From contig JAUVCH010000001.1 in the NCBI GenBank assembly GCA_030595795.1, positions 38,678 to 102,677 on the forward strand: a stretch of DNA of 64,000 nucleotides, in the 5' to 3' direction. Both the position numbers and the translations under genes were made by a program. This document shows positions 1 to 9,519 of this stretch, piece by piece (position 1 is the stretch's first letter; each line of letters starts with the position of its first letter). Source of the DNA: Gammaproteobacteria bacterium. Its GTDB lineage: Bacteria; Pseudomonadota; Gammaproteobacteria; GCA-001735895. The notes under the pieces are model-generated. The model did not search any database. It saw nothing but the letters and a program-made list of their open reading frames with translations, and was not told the origin of the DNA.

Positions 1-1495
1 CACCGGGGCAGCCGAAAGCATCGGCCAGCTTCAAAAAGTCGGGTGCTTTTGGGTTGACACCAATTTCGGGGATGCCGCGTTTTACCATGCCATCGCGAAT
101 CATCGCGTAGCTGTGGTTGTGCCAGATGATAATCGGGATGGAGAGTTCCTCCTCGACTGCCGTAGCTAGTTCATTTACCGTGAACATGAAGCCGCCGTCA
201 CCGACCAGCGCGACGACTTTGCGCTCGGGCAGTGCCAGTTTGGCACCGATGGCATCGGGTAGTGCACAACCGAGAGTGCCGAATCCGGCCGGATAAAACC
301 AGGTTCGTGGCAGCAGGATTTTCATCGCGGCGGTACCGGTATAAACCAGTTGCGCGATATCGCCCATGATTATCGCATCGTCGGGTAAAATCTGACGTAG
401 CGCATTGAGCAGGGTAATGTGCTGTCTTTCTACCGACGTATAGTCTTCGAATTGTTGGGCTTTGACTGCTTCGAGCTGCGACAGGATGCTGGCTTTTGCT
501 GTTTCGATACTTCTATCTGCCAGTGCATCGACCAGTTGAGCGCAGGCCGAGCGAGCATCACCCTGTATGGCAATGGTGGCCGGGAAGGCATCATTAAATC
601 TTGTAGGATCGATATCGATTCGGATAACCTTGCCGTTCACTGGTAGGTCGTAAATGAAACTGTCGGCTTCGGCGAGTTCAGTGCCTATCGCGAGCACGAC
701 TTCGGCGCTGGCCAGGTGAGCCTGAATGGCAGGGCTAATGACACCGCCACCGAGGCTTAACGGGTTGGTATCGGCAACAATACCTTTGCCCGCGTTTGAG
801 GCGATAACGCCGACATTCAGTCGCTCGGCGAGCTGTGTTATCTCTTCACTAGCGTGCTGTGCGCCACCGCCCACCATGATCACCGTTTGCCTGGAAGTAG
901 AAAGCAAATCGGCCGCAGCGGCGATGGGTTCCGCCGCCGGGATAGGTAATGCCGGGGTTTGCTGTGGTGCCCAGTTGACGTTAACCGGCATTTCCATTAC
1001 ATCGATTGGAATAGCGATGTGTACCGGGCGCGGGCGTCGTGAACGAAATACGGTAAAGGCTTGCGCGATAAGCTCGGGTATTTCCGATGGGTCGTGAACC
1101 ATCGTACTGAATGCTGTGATTGGTCGGGTAATCGCGCACAGGTCGGTAGTCTCGTGTAATCGCCCCCAGCCCTTGCCGAGTGACGGGCTGTCGTTTGCGC
1201 TCGAAATCACCAGCATCGGAATCGAATCGGCGTAGGCCTGCCCGATGCCGGTGGCGGCGTTGGTAACACCGGGGCCGGTGATAATCGTGCAAACGCCTGG
1301 ATTGCCAGTGACTCTGGCATAGCCATCGGCCATGAAGCTCGCGCCCTGTTCGTTGCGCGGTGTTACCGCTCGCACGTTACTTTTTTCGATGCCCCGGTAA
1401 AGCTCCAGAGTGTGTTCACCTGGTATGCCAAATACAGTGGTTACCCCGTAGGCTTCGAGTAAATGCATTAAGGCTTCGCCACATGATTTGGTCAT
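1..1495 (-). CDS. ThDP-dependent decarboxylase, 5-guanidino-2-oxopentanoate decarboxylase (AruI)-like; 3' end runs off the window
   Basis: Not in the ORF track because the stop lies outside the window. Manual translation from ATG 1495: MTKSCGEALMHLLEAYGVTTVFGIPGEHTLELY...RNEQGASFMADGYAR...GPGVTN...KGWGRLHE; ThDP motif GDGGFMF...N near 210-120; AGGAG about 10 nt upstream. Confidence 0.8.
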   Translation of the reverse strand, partial: MTKSCGEALMHLLEAYGVTTVFGIPGEHTLELYRGIEKSNVRAVTPRNEQGASFMADGYARVTGNPGVCTIITGPGVTNAATGIGQAYADSIPMLVISSANDSPSLGKGWGRLHETTDLCAITRPITAFSTMVHDPSEIPELIAQAFTVFRSRRPRPVHIAIPIDVMEMPVNVNWAPQQTPALPIPAAEPIAAAADLLSTSRQTVIMVGGGAQHASEEITQLAERLNVGVIASNAGKGIVADTNPLSLGGGVISPAIQAHLASAEVVLAIGTELAEADSFIYDLPVNGKVIRIDIDPTRFNDAFPATIAIQGDARSACAQLVDALADRSIETAKASILSQLEAVKAQQFEDYTSVERQHITLLNALRQILPDDAIIMGDIAQLVYTGTAAMKILLPRTWFYPAGFGTLGCALPDAIGAKLALPERKVVALVGDGGFMFTVNELATAVEEELSIPIIIWHNHSYAMIRDGMVKRGIPEIGVNPKAPDFLKLADAFGCPG

Positions 1496-1584
1496 TGTTG
1501 CATGGCTCCTGTAATTTTAGCGGACGAGATCGATTATATTTGTAGCCTGAATGCTACTCTGTATTGGCGATACTCGTCAATATC

Positions 1585-1594
1585 TGTGATCACT
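1585..1594. promoter_or_regulatory. TGTGATCAC(T) operator, copy 1, just upstream of a minus-strand TTGACG-N18-TAGCAT promoter candidate
   Basis: 9/10 match to the palindrome TGTGATCACA that recurs at 1663, 14005, 21007 and 31731. Confidence 0.6.
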
Positions 1595-1661
1595 AATACA
1601 TTGAACAATAAATTAATAAAACTAAATACTATTGATGGAAATAGTAGGAGGGATTAATATG

Positions 1662-1673
1662 CTGTGATCACAG
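1662..1673. promoter_or_regulatory. CTGTGATCACAG operator, copy 2
   Basis: Perfect 12-bp palindrome immediately downstream of TTGATG-N17-TAATAT (1632-1660), upstream of the aminotransferase operon. Confidence 0.65.
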
Positions 1674-1706
1674 AATAATTAAATCATTACCAATACAGGA
1701 TTGCGC

Positions 1707-2792
1707 ATGCCGATTTCACCAAAGGAAGCTCTAGCTGTTGTCGACTATTATATGGTTGGCATTTCAAAACTACCCGGTTTCGACGAGCCAGTAAAGCTGT
1801 CTTCAAACGAGTCGGCGCTTGGCATGAGCCCAGCAGCAGTCGAGGCAGCGCAGCAGGCTATTGCGAATAGCCATCTCTACCCAGAAATCGATACCGAAAC
1901 TCTGGCGCAGGTTATTGCCAGCCGATATGCCCTGGCCCCCGAACGAATGGCCTTCGGCCCTGGTTCGGATGAAATTCTACAGCGCATTGTGAATACATTT
2001 GCGGGATCTGGTGAAGAGCTGATTCACAGTAAAAACGCTTATATGCAGTTTCCCATATATGCGAAGCTGGCCGGTGCTACACCGGTTGCGGCGGATGACG
2101 ACGATTTTCATTACGATGTAGATTCGATCTTAAGCCGTGTCAATTCGAAAACACGCGTTGTACTAATTGCTAACCCCGACAATCCCTCGGGCACCCATTT
2201 GTCATCGCAGGAAATCCGTCGTTTACACGCCGGTCTGGCCGATAATGTATTGTTAATTGTCGATGCTGCCTACGAAGAATTTGCCTTTGCGGACAATTAC
2301 GAGTCAGCAACCAACCTGGTTCATGAATTTGATAACGTCATAGTGACGCGAACTTTCTCCAAGGTTTATGGTTTGGCCGGGCTACGACTCGGCTGGTGTT
2401 ATGGCCCTGCCTGGGCTGTCGATATTCTGACTAAAATCGGGCCATCGTTCCCGGTCAACACAGCGTCGTATGCCGCTGGCATTGCTGCGGTGAAAGATAC
2501 TGCCCATGTCGAGCGGGTGTTAGCGCATAACCGGAAGTGGATTGACGAAATGGCCCGACAGTTTTCCGGTTTTGGGCTTAAGGTTTATCCGAGCCAGACT
2601 AATTTTATTCTTGTCGAGTTTCCAGAAGATGGTAATAAAACCGCCCATCAGGCGAATGCTTATTTAAATGGAAACGGGATTATTCCACGCCAATTTGCGG
2701 TCGACGATTTTAATAATAAACTACGTTTCACTGTTGGTGATGAACGTGGCATGGAGAAAACGATTGACGTCATGCGTCGCTTTATGAAGTAA
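1707..2792 (+). CDS. HisC-family (class I/II) PLP aminotransferase
   Basis: KLSSNES, GSDE, ANPDNPSG, VDAAYEEF, RTFSKVYGLAGLRLGW motifs. ATG 1707 chosen because it follows CAGGA. Not in a his operon. Confidence 0.85.
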   Translation: MPISPKEALAVVDYYMVGISKLPGFDEPVKLSSNESALGMSPAAVEAAQQAIANSHLYPEIDTETLAQVIASRYALAPERMAFGPGSDEILQRIVNTFAGSGEELIHSKNAYMQFPIYAKLAGATPVAADDDDFHYDVDSILSRVNSKTRVVLIANPDNPSGTHLSSQEIRRLHAGLADNVLLIVDAAYEEFAFADNYESATNLVHEFDNVIVTRTFSKVYGLAGLRLGWCYGPAWAVDILTKIGPSFPVNTASYAAGIAAVKDTAHVERVLAHNRKWIDEMARQFSGFGLKVYPSQTNFILVEFPEDGNKTAHQANAYLNGNGIIPRQFAVDDFNNKLRFTVGDERGMEKTIDVMRRFMK

Positions 2793-2824
2793 TTGCGGTA
2801 CTCGATTGCAATGGATACAGTTCT

Positions 2825-4213
2825 ATGTCAACACTGGTAAGCCAGCTGACCGAAGTGGTCGGCGATGCTGGAATCCTCACGGGTAAGGCGCTGGCAGGGC
2901 GTAGCGCCGGAATCTGGTCGGGCGAGGCATTAAAAGCACTGGCGCTAGTACGTCCGAAATCAACTGAAGAAGTCTCAGCCGTTTTGAAAATCTGTCATCA
3001 GGCCAGGCAGAGCGTTATCCCAGCTGGTGGCATGACCGGGCTGGTCGGTGGCCATGAATCCGGCGATACTGATATCGTATTATCGCTTGAACGAATGAAC
3101 AGTATAGAAAGCTGCGATCCGCGCTCGCGTACCATGGTGGTTGAGGCGGGTACGATACTGCAGACGATTCAGGAAAAAGCCAGTGACGCGGGGTTAATGT
3201 TTCCGCTAGACCTGGGAGCCAGAGCTTCTTGTACCATCGGCGGCAATATCGCAACCAATGCCGGCGGTGTACGCGTATTGCGCTATGGCATGACACGCGA
3301 CCTGGTGCTTGGTCTCGAAGTAGTACTCGCCGACGGTACTGTGGTTTCCTCAATGTTCGACATGCTAAAAAACAATACTGGCTACGATTTGAAACAGTGG
3401 TTTGTCGGTTCCGAAGGGACCCTCGGTGTGGTCACTCGCGCGGTACTTCGTCTCTATGAAGCGCCTATTGCAACCGAGACAGCCTTACTTGCAGTGCCCT
3501 CCTGGGAAGACGTAATGGGTTTACTGCGCCATTTTGACGGTGTATTGGCTGGTGGATTAGTCGCTTTCGAAGTACTGTGGCGAAATCACTACGAGCTGAA
3601 TACCGGGCCTTATTCTGAGCTTGAACCGCCGCTATCTGAGTCCGCCCCCTATTATGTTTTAATCGATGTCTTTATTTCAGACGCGAAGCAAGGCAGGGAA
3701 AATCTGGAAGCTCTGTTAATGCAATGTCTGGAAGAAAATAAAATTGTCGATGGCGCACTCGCAAGTTCTGAAACCGAGCGCTTAAAGTTCTGGCAAATAC
3801 GCGAAAACTTTGAACCGGAACAAAACAAATTCGATACCATTTGTGGCTACGACGTGAGCCTGCCGATAGAGGCCATGGAGAAATATGTCGAAGCGGTAGA
3901 AACCAATCTTATCAGCCAGTTCCCCGATGCTGAATTATACGCCTACGGACACATCGGCGATGGTAATTTACATTTTTCAATTTACCCCGGTGTTGCGAAA
4001 GACTTCGATGTCGTGAATAAAATTATCTACGGCCCGCTAAAAGATTTGAACGGATCGGTATCCGCCGAACATGGTATTGGTTTGGAAAAGAAAGCTTATC
4101 TGAGCCTGACTCGAAGTGAGACCGAAATTGATTTAATGCGGCGTATGAAAATGATGATGGATCCGAATGGAATTTTGAATCCCGGGAAATTGTTTGATCT
4201 GGTTGAGGATTAA
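2825..4213 (+). CDS. FAD-binding oxidoreductase, D-2-hydroxyacid dehydrogenase (D2HGDH/GlcD) family
   Basis: GGMTGLVGG, IGGNIATNAGG, GSEGTLGVVT, GHIGDGNLH, SAEHGIG, LNPGK. Confidence 0.85.
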   Translation: MSTLVSQLTEVVGDAGILTGKALAGRSAGIWSGEALKALALVRPKSTEEVSAVLKICHQARQSVIPAGGMTGLVGGHESGDTDIVLSLERMNSIESCDPRSRTMVVEAGTILQTIQEKASDAGLMFPLDLGARASCTIGGNIATNAGGVRVLRYGMTRDLVLGLEVVLADGTVVSSMFDMLKNNTGYDLKQWFVGSEGTLGVVTRAVLRLYEAPIATETALLAVPSWEDVMGLLRHFDGVLAGGLVAFEVLWRNHYELNTGPYSELEPPLSESAPYYVLIDVFISDAKQGRENLEALLMQCLEENKIVDGALASSETERLKFWQIRENFEPEQNKFDTICGYDVSLPIEAMEKYVEAVETNLISQFPDAELYAYGHIGDGNLHFSIYPGVAKDFDVVNKIIYGPLKDLNGSVSAEHGIGLEKKAYLSLTRSETEIDLMRRMKMMMDPNGILNPGKLFDLVED

Positions 4214-4258
4214 TATAGGTTAATCAATATTATACAAAGTGATAGAGGGCGATTTAAA

Positions 4259-5149
4259 ATGAATGAGTCGAACAACGATGATGCAGTTCAATGTGATATC
4301 AGGGCACAAACTGGCGTGTTAACCGATGTCCTGTTAGGGAAACCCGATCATTTTCGCTGGGTGCCACTTAATTCGATTTCTGCTGTCAATCAAGCAAATC
4401 AGGAGCAGTTGGGTTATCGCTTTGATAAAGAAAAAGCCATGCGACAACACCAGCATATGGTCGAAGTCTACGAAGCTAACGGGGTTTCCTGCCATTTTGT
4501 GGAAGCCGATGAGGGCCTCCCCAGCAGTGTCTTTACCCGTGATTCCAGTTTTATGACACCCTGGGGCGCGGTTATCACCAGCATACAGACTCCGCCACGA
4601 CGGCAAGACTATTCTGTCGTCTCCGAGTTTTATCACAATGCCGGAATCCCCATCTGGAAATGGGTGACTGCCGATCACTTCGAGGGTGGAGACTTCGTCA
4701 TCATCAAACCGGGCGTCGCTTTACTGGGTTGGGCAGGTGACCGATCTACTCAGGTTGGCGCCGAACAGGTTGCTAGCTGGTTGGAGGGCAAGGGTTGGGA
4801 GGCTTTTGTCGTTCCGATCCCACCGCAGTTTGTCCATATGGATGCGGTAGTGGTAATGCTGGAAGAAAATCTGGCTCTGGTATGCGAAGACGCTTTGCCG
4901 TCTTACGCAATCGACTGGCTCGACCAGCATCATATCGAACGGATTGTTGTACCCTATGCGGACTGCGTGAAGCTCGGTGGCAATGTCGTAAGCCTGGGTG
5001 ACATGCGGGTATTATCCATGAGCCACAATGTAAATATTAATGCGCGTCTGAAAGCGGAAGGCTTTGAAGTTACCGCAGTTGACTACGACATGTTCGCGAT
5101 CGGTGGCGGTGGTGTTCACTGCTCCTGCCACGAACTCAGACGAGAGTAA
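4259..5149 (+). CDS. Pentein-superfamily guanidino hydrolase (DDAH / arginine deiminase-like), paralog 1
   Basis: FTRDS, FEGGDF, HMD and C-terminal GGGGVHC with the catalytic Cys. Confidence 0.8.
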   Translation: MNESNNDDAVQCDIRAQTGVLTDVLLGKPDHFRWVPLNSISAVNQANQEQLGYRFDKEKAMRQHQHMVEVYEANGVSCHFVEADEGLPSSVFTRDSSFMTPWGAVITSIQTPPRRQDYSVVSEFYHNAGIPIWKWVTADHFEGGDFVIIKPGVALLGWAGDRSTQVGAEQVASWLEGKGWEAFVVPIPPQFVHMDAVVVMLEENLALVCEDALPSYAIDWLDQHHIERIVVPYADCVKLGGNVVSLGDMRVLSMSHNVNINARLKAEGFEVTAVDYDMFAIGGGGVHCSCHELRRE

Positions 5150-5284
5150 AAAGGCAGCGTGGATTATCCAGATTTTTGCCTACGGTAAGAAATTTTTGCG
5201 ATATAGTTCAAATTCAAGGATAATTCCCACGATTTTTTCTGCCCGTCTATAGTTAAGACTAATCAATATTTCTGGAGATCTCGA

Positions 5285-5767
5285 GTGAGTTCAGCACAAG
5301 ACGACACATTTTCGCCGCGCAACCTGGCAGTTTTAGGTGGTTTGCTATTTTTTGCTTTATTCCTGGGTGAAGCGGTATTTCCACGTCAGGGCGGTATTTT
5401 TAGCGATTCCATAGATCCCAGCATGAGTATTGGCAGCATGGACGATATCGCTATGCGAATTAGACCGGTAGTAATGCTGGACGATATCCTCGCCAACGCC
5501 AGTAGTAGTTCGGCCGGTGGCGGTGAAAAATCACCGAAGCAATTATACGAAGGCGCCTGTCTGGCCTGTCACGCTTCTGGTGTGGCTGGAGCGCCCAAGC
5601 TTGGCGATAGTGCTGCCTGGGAATCACGACTGGCTAACGGTATCGACGGTATAACCACTTCAGCCATTAATGGTAAGGGTGCTATGCCACCGAACGGCGG
5701 TTCGGCTTACAGCGCGGATCAGATTCGTGCCGTGGTTGAATATATGTTGGCCGAGTCTGGTTTGTAA
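5285..5767 (+). CDS. Cytochrome c5 family protein
   Basis: N-terminal TM segment, RIRPV, CLACH heme motif, GVAGAPKLGD, GAMPPNGG; GTG start after GGAG. Confidence 0.85.
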   Translation: MSSAQDDTFSPRNLAVLGGLLFFALFLGEAVFPRQGGIFSDSIDPSMSIGSMDDIAMRIRPVVMLDDILANASSSSAGGGEKSPKQLYEGACLACHASGVAGAPKLGDSAAWESRLANGIDGITTSAINGKGAMPPNGGSAYSADQIRAVVEYMLAESGL

Positions 5768-5792
5768 AACTCTCGCGATAATCAGGTTAAAG

Positions 5793-5816
5793 AAGCGGAG
5801 CTTGCTCCGCTTTTTT
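5793..5816. terminator. Intrinsic terminator between convergent cytochrome c5 and comM genes
   Basis: AAGCGGAGC-TT-GCTCCGCTT followed by a T tract. Confidence 0.75.
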
Positions 5817-7320
5817 ATTGCCAGCGTCTTTCCTGTTTCCGATAGGTGATCGCTTCGGCTATATGGGCCTGGGTAATGTTTTCGATATCGGCCATATCGG
5901 CTATGGTGCGCGCCAGTTTTAGTAGTTTGTGGTAAGACCTGGCGGTAAGTTTGAGCTTATCGATAGATTTCATCAGCAATTGTTCACAGGCATCATCCAG
6001 TCGACAAAATTTTTCGATTTGTTTATTGCTGAGTTGGCCATTCAGACAACCCTGCCGAGAGAGCTGATGTACTCGCGCACTTGCCACTCGCTCGCGGACT
6101 TCCGCGCTGGATTCACGTTTACGCGGGTCTCGTCCCAGTAACTCTTCTTTCTCCAGCCGTGGTAATTCAATTTGAATATCGATGCGATCCATTAATGGCG
6201 CCGACAATTTATTACGATAGCGATTGAGTTGTTCTGGGCTGCAATGACAGCTGAGTATCGAATCGCAGCCGCTGGGACAGGGATTCATCGCTGCAACGAG
6301 CTGGAACTCGGCTGGGAATTCGGCCTGCCGCGCGGCGCGCGAGATGTGTATTTTCCCGGTTTCCAGCGGCTCTCGGAGTACTTCGATGGATTTGCGGTCG
6401 AATTCGGTGAGTTCGTCGAGGAATAACACGCCATGGTGCGCGAGTGAAATTTCACCGGGTTTCGGATTGCTACCGCCGCCGACCAGGGCGACTCCTGAGA
6501 CGGTGTGGTGCGGTGACTGGAAGGGTCGTTGCAACCAGTTTTTGGCGGTAACCGGTTTATGACAGATCGAACGGATGCTGGCACTGCTCATGGCTTCGGA
6601 TTCGGTCATCAGTGGCAATATCGTATTCAACCGCTGTGCGAGCATGCTTTTGCCGGTGCCGGGAGGCCCCATCATAATAATATGATGCGAGCCAGCGGCG
6701 GCGATTTCGAGCGCTCGCCGGGCCTGGTGCTGTCCGTAGACATCCTCAAGGTCGAGTTCAAAGACGGTTTCTACTGGCATGTCGATGTCTTCAAGGCCGG
6801 GTAATGCCGTGCCGCCATTTAAACTGGAACAGACTTCTACCAGCGACTGAGCGGTGTAAATCGGTAAGTCTTTCACCAGCCGTGCTTCGAGATGATTGTC
6901 TAAGGGTATGATGACCTGTTTCTGTGCGCGCTTACTGGCGATTAATGCGGGTAGCAGGCCAGCAACGGCACGACATTCTCCACTGAGCGCAAGCTCGCCG
7001 TAGCAGTCGAATTGATCTAGCGTGGCCGGGTTGATCTGTTCTGAAGCGGCAAGGATGCCTAGCGCGATAGCGAGGTCGTAACGGCCGCCTTCCTTGGGTA
7101 AATCGGCGGGTGCCAGGTTAACGGTAATTCTGCGCGATGGAAATTCAAAACCCGAATTAATGATCGCCGAGCGCACTCGGTCGCGGGCTTCGCGTACTGC
7201 AGCTTCCGGTAGGCCGACGATGGTAAAGGCAGGCAAACCGTTTGATATATGCACTTCGACACTAACTTCGGGGGCTTGAATACCTTCCTGTGCGCGAGTG
7301 GTGAGTTGGGTGAGTGACAT
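5815..7320 (-). CDS. comM: YifB/ComM Mg-chelatase-like AAA+ ATPase
   Basis: IVGLPEAAVREARDRVRSA, VNLAPADLPKEG, GPPGTGKSMLA, PGEISLAHHGVLFLDE. Start moved to MSLTQ at 7320. Confidence 0.9.
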   Translation of the reverse strand: MSLTQLTTRAQEGIQAPEVSVEVHISNGLPAFTIVGLPEAAVREARDRVRSAIINSGFEFPSRRITVNLAPADLPKEGGRYDLAIALGILAASEQINPATLDQFDCYGELALSGECRAVAGLLPALIASKRAQKQVIIPLDNHLEARLVKDLPIYTAQSLVEVCSSLNGGTALPGLEDIDMPVETVFELDLEDVYGQHQARRALEIAAAGSHHIIMMGPPGTGKSMLAQRLNTILPLMTESEAMSSASIRSICHKPVTAKNWLQRPFQSPHHTVSGVALVGGGSNPKPGEISLAHHGVLFLDELTEFDRKSIEVLREPLETGKIHISRAARQAEFPAEFQLVAAMNPCPSGCDSILSCHCSPEQLNRYRNKLSAPLMDRIDIQIELPRLEKEELLGRDPRKRESSAEVRERVASARVHQLSRQGCLNGQLSNKQIEKFCRLDDACEQLLMKSIDKLKLTARSYHKLLKLARTIADMADIENITQAHIAEAITYRKQERRWQ

Positions 7321-7345
7321 GGATTCCTTTCCGTTTAGTTTGAAG

Positions 7346-7594
7346 CTACTGGTCGAGCTTCTGTTCCATTTCGTCAAGCCGAGCTTCGAGTGTTTCTAGC
7401 TTCGCTCGCGTTCTCTGTAAAACCCTGGTCTGGATATCGAACTCCTCGCGACTGACAAATTCCAGTTCGCTTAATTGCTGTTGTAGCAGTGTTTTCAACT
7501 GCGTGTCGAAGTCTGATTTCACCTGCTGTAACTGTGGCGGCAGCAATTGATAGATGCGCTCAGAGAGTCGATTAATAGTCTGATTGTCCAGCAT
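7346..7594 (-). CDS. ubiK: Ubiquinone biosynthesis accessory factor UbiK (YqiC)
   Basis: LEFVSREEFDIQTRVLQRTRAKLETLEARL coiled coil; usual position between comM and glnK. Confidence 0.85.
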   Translation of the reverse strand: MLDNQTINRLSERIYQLLPPQLQQVKSDFDTQLKTLLQQQLSELEFVSREEFDIQTRVLQRTRAKLETLEARLDEMEQKLDQ

Positions 7595-7599
7595 TATTG

Positions 7600-7647
7600 C
7601 GCCCTATATCGGTGCATTGATTCGGATTTAAGCACCATTACAGTGCA
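7600..7647. promoter_or_regulatory. Pair of NtrC-type binding sites upstream of glnK-amtB
   Basis: GCCC-N7-GTGCA (7601-7616) and GCAC-N7-GTGCA (7632-7647), 31 bp apart, matching the GCAC-N7-GTGC consensus. Confidence 0.7.
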
Positions 7648-7798
7648 AAAGTGGTCGGATTAACCCCTATGTTAACGCCAAATTGCGTCTATTCCCAGCT
7701 TTCTGCTTAAGTGTTGCCAATCGTGATCTCGATGTTCTGCCAGCTTTGGTTGAACAGCCGATGATCATTTTTATTTTTTAGCAACTTTGTAGGAGTGA

Positions 7799-8140
7799 AT
7801 GATGAAAATGGTGACTGCCATTATTAAGCCTTTCAAGCTTGATGATGTTCGCGAGGCTCTCTCAGAAATTGGGGTACAGGGTCTAACGGTATCAGAAGTT
7901 AAAGGTTTTGGTCGACAAAAAGGGCATACCGAACTTTATCGGGGCGCAGAGTACACGGTAGATTTTCTACCGAAAACCAAACTCGAGCTTGCGATTGATG
8001 ATGATCTACTCGATGTGACTATCGAGGCGATTACTGCGACTGCTAATACCGGGAAAATCGGTGACGGCAAAATTTTTATTACCAATCTCGAACAGGCTGT
8101 CCGTATCCGTACGGGTGATTCTGGTTCTCAGGCGCTATAG
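7799..8140 (+). CDS. glnK: PII nitrogen regulatory protein GlnK
   Basis: AIIKPFKLDDVREAL, GFGRQKGHTELYRGAEY, TGKIGDGKIF; directly upstream of amtB. Confidence 0.95.
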   Translation: MMKMVTAIIKPFKLDDVREALSEIGVQGLTVSEVKGFGRQKGHTELYRGAEYTVDFLPKTKLELAIDDDLLDVTIEAITATANTGKIGDGKIFITNLEQAVRIRTGDSGSQAL

Positions 8141-8150
8141 GGGGCGAATC

Positions 8151-9434
8151 ATGGACAATGAAATTATAACTAACCAAATCTTTCAATTGCAATATGCAAT
8201 CGATACTTTTTATTTTCTGGTTTGCGGTGCGCTGGTCATGTGGATGGCGGCTGGTTTCTCGATGCTCGAAGCCGGTCTGGTGCGATCTAAAAATACGACC
8301 GAAATCCTCACCAAAAATGTATTGCTATACGCTATCGCCAGTATTATGTACATGCTTTACGGCTATGACCTTATGTATGGTGGCGGGGCGTTTCTGTCTG
8401 GCATTAGCGGTGGCGAAACCCTGGTAGCCGATGCATTGACTGCTTCCGCAGAAAATGGCTTTGAAGGCGATTCGGTCTATTCTGGCGCATCCGACTTTTT
8501 CTTCCAGGTGGTGTTTGTCGGCGCCGCGATGTCGATAGTCTCCGGTGCAGTGGCCGAGCGCATGAAGCTCTGGGCTTTCGGATTATTCGCCGTGGTTATG
8601 ACCGGTTTTATCTATCCCATGGAAGGTTACTGGACCTGGGGTGGTGGAAGTGTATTTGGTTTATACAGCCTCGGCGATGACTTCGGTTTTTCAGATTTCG
8701 CTGGTTCGGGGATCGTACATATGGCTGGTGCTGCAGCCGCTTTGGCGGGTGTATTGCTGCTCGGAGCACGCAAAGGCAAATATGGTAAAGACGGTCAGGT
8801 CTATGCAATTCCTGGTGCTAATTTACCACTGGCGACGCTGGGTACCTTCATCCTGTGGATGGGCTGGTTCGGCTTCAATGGCGGTTCAGTATTAAAACTG
8901 GGTGATATAGCCAGCGCCAACTCTGTCGCGATGGTGTTCGTTAACACCAATGCGGCAGCAGCTGGTGGTGTCGTCGTCGCCCTGTTAATCGCTCGCCTGA
9001 TGTTCGGTAAGGCCGATCTGACTATGGCGCTAAACGGTGCACTAGCTGGACTGGTTGCGATAACTGCCGAGCCATCTACGCCATCCGTGTTGTCTGCGAC
9101 CTTAATCGGTGCCGTGGGTGGTGCTATTGTTGTCTTTTCGATAGTTACACTCGATAAGCTCAGAATCGACGATCCGGTCGGTGCCATTTCGGTACACGGC
9201 GTAGTCGGCTTGTGGGGCTTAATGGCAGTGCCTTTGACGAATGATGGCGCGAGCTTTATCGGTCAGCTAGTTGGCGCAGCAACCATATTCGGCTGGGTAT
9301 TCGGCGCCAGCCTGATAGTCTGGTTTGTAATCAAGTCGATCATGGGAATACGCGTCAGCGCCGAGGAAGAATACGAAGGTGTGGATATTGCCGAATGCGG
9401 CATGGAGGCTTATCCTGAATTTACAGGTAAGTAA
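8151..9434 (+). CDS. amtB: Ammonium transporter
   Basis: GFSMLEAG, DFAGSGIVH, LWMGWFGFNGGS, NGALAGLVAIT, DDPVGAISVHG. Start moved to ATG 8151. Confidence 0.95.
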   Translation: MDNEIITNQIFQLQYAIDTFYFLVCGALVMWMAAGFSMLEAGLVRSKNTTEILTKNVLLYAIASIMYMLYGYDLMYGGGAFLSGISGGETLVADALTASAENGFEGDSVYSGASDFFFQVVFVGAAMSIVSGAVAERMKLWAFGLFAVVMTGFIYPMEGYWTWGGGSVFGLYSLGDDFGFSDFAGSGIVHMAGAAAALAGVLLLGARKGKYGKDGQVYAIPGANLPLATLGTFILWMGWFGFNGGSVLKLGDIASANSVAMVFVNTNAAAAGGVVVALLIARLMFGKADLTMALNGALAGLVAITAEPSTPSVLSATLIGAVGGAIVVFSIVTLDKLRIDDPVGAISVHGVVGLWGLMAVPLTNDGASFIGQLVGAATIFGWVFGASLIVWFVIKSIMGIRVSAEEEYEGVDIAECGMEAYPEFTGK

Positions 9435-9441
9435 ATAACTG

Positions 9442-9470
9442 AAGGGGCGCGAATTATCGCGCCCTTTTTT
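9442..9470 (+). terminator. Intrinsic terminator after amtB
   Basis: GGGCGCGA-ATTA-TCGCGCCC followed by T6. Confidence 0.8.
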
Positions 9471-9519
9471 ATTGATTTTGATATCATCCCCGGCTATCTA
9501 AGCCATTCCTAAATTTCCC

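Noticed and set aside
1492-1503. Mini-ORF Met-Gln-Gln-stop overlapping the decarboxylase start on the minus strand
   Set aside because: Its ATG is only 2 nt from the AGGAG, too close for initiation; the downstream ATG has normal spacing.
1663-1672. TGTGATCACA as a CRP site
   Set aside because: CRP needs TGTGA-N6-TCACA; here the spacer is zero in every copy.
8061-8150. N-terminal extension of amtB overlapping glnK; similar extensions in the ORF track for comM, potG, potF, DUF1330 and oxyR
   Set aside because: Artefacts of longest-ORF calling; downstream ATGs have better RBS context or family-typical N-termini.
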